From: an uncultured Gammaproteobacteria bacterium | GTDB lineage: Bacteria; Pseudomonadota; Gammaproteobacteria; GCA-001735895 | Assembly: GCA_947259305.1 (NCBI GenBank) | Contig: CAMYML010000017.1 | Span: forward strand, 77 to 24,076 | Direction of reading: 5' to 3' | DNA length: 24,000 nt | Part shown: positions 22,229 through 24,000 of the stretch, one piece after another | Position numbering within the stretch: position 1 is the stretch's first letter | How the letters are laid out: each line of letters starts with the position of its first letter | Made by a program: the position numbers and the translations under genes | Notes under the pieces: model-generated | What the model saw: only the letters and a program-made list of their open reading frames with translations | Database searches by the model: none | Told to the model about the DNA's origin: nothing

Positions 22229-24000
22229 GTACACCAACTAAACCTAGTTTTTCGTTGCATATCAGAGAACTTCGAGATGTTCTCAAAAGGCGAAATGCAA
22301 GTCCGGCTGCCATGGTCGGAACGATTTTGCATGCATGGTGTACGCAAGCGTATCCAGGATTAACGTCAGCAGAGCTGCCGGTTAAGAGAGGATTGTTGGT
22401 TGATGTCCACGTAAAAACATTTCTGTCCATGCTTAGAGAACAATCACTTTTAGATGCGGCATACTGGTTGAGTTCCGCTTATGCGCTGCTCAGAGAGGAT
22501 GTATACAGAAAGACACTTGCTATGTATTTCACACCACCTTCTCTCACAGAACGACTTCTCGGCGATCTAGAGATGCAAGGCGTGAGTTTCGATAACGGTA
22601 GTTTTTTCGACCCTGCCTGTGGAGGCGCAGCCTTCTTGGCACCTATCGCGCATCGAATGCAGGTGGCGCTAAAAGCTCAGGGTGCCTCACCGAGGAAGAT
22701 TCTCACGTATGTTGAAAAGAACCTGTTTGGAATGGATGTCGATAGTGCTCTGTGTGCTTTGTCGCATCAATTTTTGAAGATGGCCTTATATGAAGAAATT
22801 AGGGCAGCTAGGCGGGAACCCACCTTTCGTATCATGCCAGGCAATTCTCTTTGTGACCTAGATGTTTTTTTCGGATCCATTGATGTGTTGGTTTGCAACC
22901 CTCCATATCGAAAGACGAATAAAAAAGAGATAGAAAAGTATCGAGATAATTTTGACGAGGTCATCGAAGGGCAGCCCAATATTTACGGATTGTTCATTGC
23001 CTTGAGTATAAAGCTGCTCAAACAAAACGGTGTTTGTGGGCTTGTCACGCCAACCAGCTTTTTATCGGAACAGTATTTTTCTAAGTTGCGTGGTCTTTTG
23101 ATGAAAGAAGCACAGGTTTTAAGTATCGGTATGGTGAGTGACCGGTCAGGCGTGTTCATCGACGTTTTACAAGAAACGGCACTGACCTTGTTGCGACGCA
23201 AGAGCAGAACACGTACATCACAAACGAAAGCCTTCGTGTCGGTGGTGTCTCGTGATGGTAGCTACCTAAATGTTGGTTCCTGCGTGCTCCCTAATTCAGG
23301 ATCCTCATGGCCCATCCCCAGGACAGAGACCGATGTATTCTTGCTCAAGAATGCGGCCACTTCGAAGTTTCGGATCAAAGACTATGGTTACGCAGTACGT
23401 ATCGGTACCTTTGTCTGGAATCGTGATAAGCGGCCGGTATACATGTCAGCCGCTGAAGTAAAACGTCGTAAGGCTAGAACTGCAGTTCCACTTCTTTGGT
23501 CTAGTGATATAAAGAGTGGTGGCATCCTACGTTTTGACGGTGCAAAGAAGGAAAATGGTGAGCCATGTTTTGTGGATTTCGGTGACATGGCGCATCGTTC
23601 GATTATTAGACGAGCCAGTGTAATACTTCAACGTGTCACGTCCAACGATCAATCATGTAGGCTTATTCCATCAGTTGTTTCTAAAACATTTTTAAAAAAA
23701 TATGGGGGATTCGTTGGCGAGAATCACACGGTAATCCTAGAGCAAGTAGTGGCTAAGCCAGCATTGATGCCTAAGCAAATGGCAGAATTGCTGGGTTGCT
23801 ATGTTATCGACCGGTATTTCCGCTGTATTTCTGGTGCCACCAATGTCTCTGCATTCGAGTTGAGTCAACTTTCTCTTCCTGATCCAGCGCAGTTGAAACA
23901 TTTTTTGGCTAGGGGGGTGTCGATCGAAGTCGCCTCGCGAATGGCTGTCTTTGAGTGTAGTAATATACCTGTCAAGGCGCGAAGCGAGTTGCGTATTTAG
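22225..24000 (+). CDS. Gamma-class N6-adenine DNA methyltransferase with a TaqI/Eco57I-like C-terminal target-recognition domain
   Basis: 591-aa ORF ending at TAG 23998-24000. Contains YFTPPSL, motif I FFDPACGGAAFL and motif IV VLVCNPPY. Markedly low GC relative to the rest of the window. Confidence 0.88.
   Translation: MSTPTKPSFSLHIRELRDVLKRRNASPAAMVGTILHAWCTQAYPGLTSAELPVKRGLLVDVHVKTFLSMLREQSLLDAAYWLSSAYALLREDVYRKTLAMYFTPPSLTERLLGDLEMQGVSFDNGSFFDPACGGAAFLAPIAHRMQVALKAQGASPRKILTYVEKNLFGMDVDSALCALSHQFLKMALYEEIRAARREPTFRIMPGNSLCDLDVFFGSIDVLVCNPPYRKTNKKEIEKYRDNFDEVIEGQPNIYGLFIALSIKLLKQNGVCGLVTPTSFLSEQYFSKLRGLLMKEAQVLSIGMVSDRSGVFIDVLQETALTLLRRKSRTRTSQTKAFVSVVSRDGSYLNVGSCVLPNSGSSWPIPRTETDVFLLKNAATSKFRIKDYGYAVRIGTFVWNRDKRPVYMSAAEVKRRKARTAVPLLWSSDIKSGGILRFDGAKKENGEPCFVDFGDMAHRSIIRRASVILQRVTSNDQSCRLIPSVVSKTFLKKYGGFVGENHTVILEQVVAKPALMPKQMAELLGCYVIDRYFRCISGATNVSAFELSQLSLPDPAQLKHFLARGVSIEVASRMAVFECSNIPVKARSELRI

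Larger units (their letters stand above)
15398..24000. mobile_element. tRNA-Met-associated genomic island (integrative element); right end lies beyond the window
   Basis: A tyrosine integrase gene starts 28 nt after the tRNA 3' end. It is followed by xis-like, regulator, Rep-like, second recombinase, TA and methylase cargo. Composition is mosaic: spot counts are 40/60 GC at 16981-17040, 22/60 at 22021-22080 and 17/60 at 23641-23700. Confidence 0.8.

Noticed and set aside
1-24000. Search for CRISPR arrays, rRNA genes and complete IS elements
   Set aside because: I saw no regularly spaced direct repeats with unique spacers, no rRNA-like sequence, and no transposase ORF flanked by terminal inverted repeats.

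Overview
The sequence looks like a gammaproteobacterial chromosome. It has two parts.

(1) 1-15370 is a conserved housekeeping backbone.
- Left end: a qor-like oxidoreductase, then a minus-strand block of a small His-rich protein, a FetB/UPF0014-like permease and an SRPBCC+GyrI-like fusion.
- Minus strand: hemA, prfA, a VOC/glyoxalase gene, prmC.
- Plus strand: the classic run of TPR lipoprotein, lolB, ispE, tRNA-Gln, prs, rplY(ctc), pth, ychF, tRNA-Met.

(2) 15398-24000 is a mosaic genomic island next to the 3' end of tRNA-Met, and it continues past the window edge. It encodes:
- a P4-type tyrosine integrase and an excisionase-like HTH protein;
- a PrtN-like HTH protein and a winged-helix Rep-like protein;
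- about 870 bp of hairpin-rich non-coding DNA;
- a frameshifted second tyrosine recombinase and a metallophosphoesterase;
- an AbiEi/AbiEii toxin-antitoxin pair;
- a low-GC gamma-class N6-adenine DNA methyltransferase preceded by a 33-aa stub resembling a restriction-subunit N-terminus.

The most unusual feature is the tRNA-Gln locus (11053-11512). It holds one intact tRNA-Gln gene, one copy split in its T-loop by a ~95-nt multi-hairpin insert, and one 3' tRNA fragment carrying a ~71-nt version of the same insert. The two insert copies differ by compensatory base-pair changes.

Other points worth a second look:
- rplY carries two in-frame stop codons;
- a terminator-like attenuator abuts the rplY ribosome-binding site;
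- a possible small RNA with a C-rich loop lies between prmC and the VOC gene;
- a palindromic operator overlaps the abiE promoter.

I found no CRISPR array and no rRNA.
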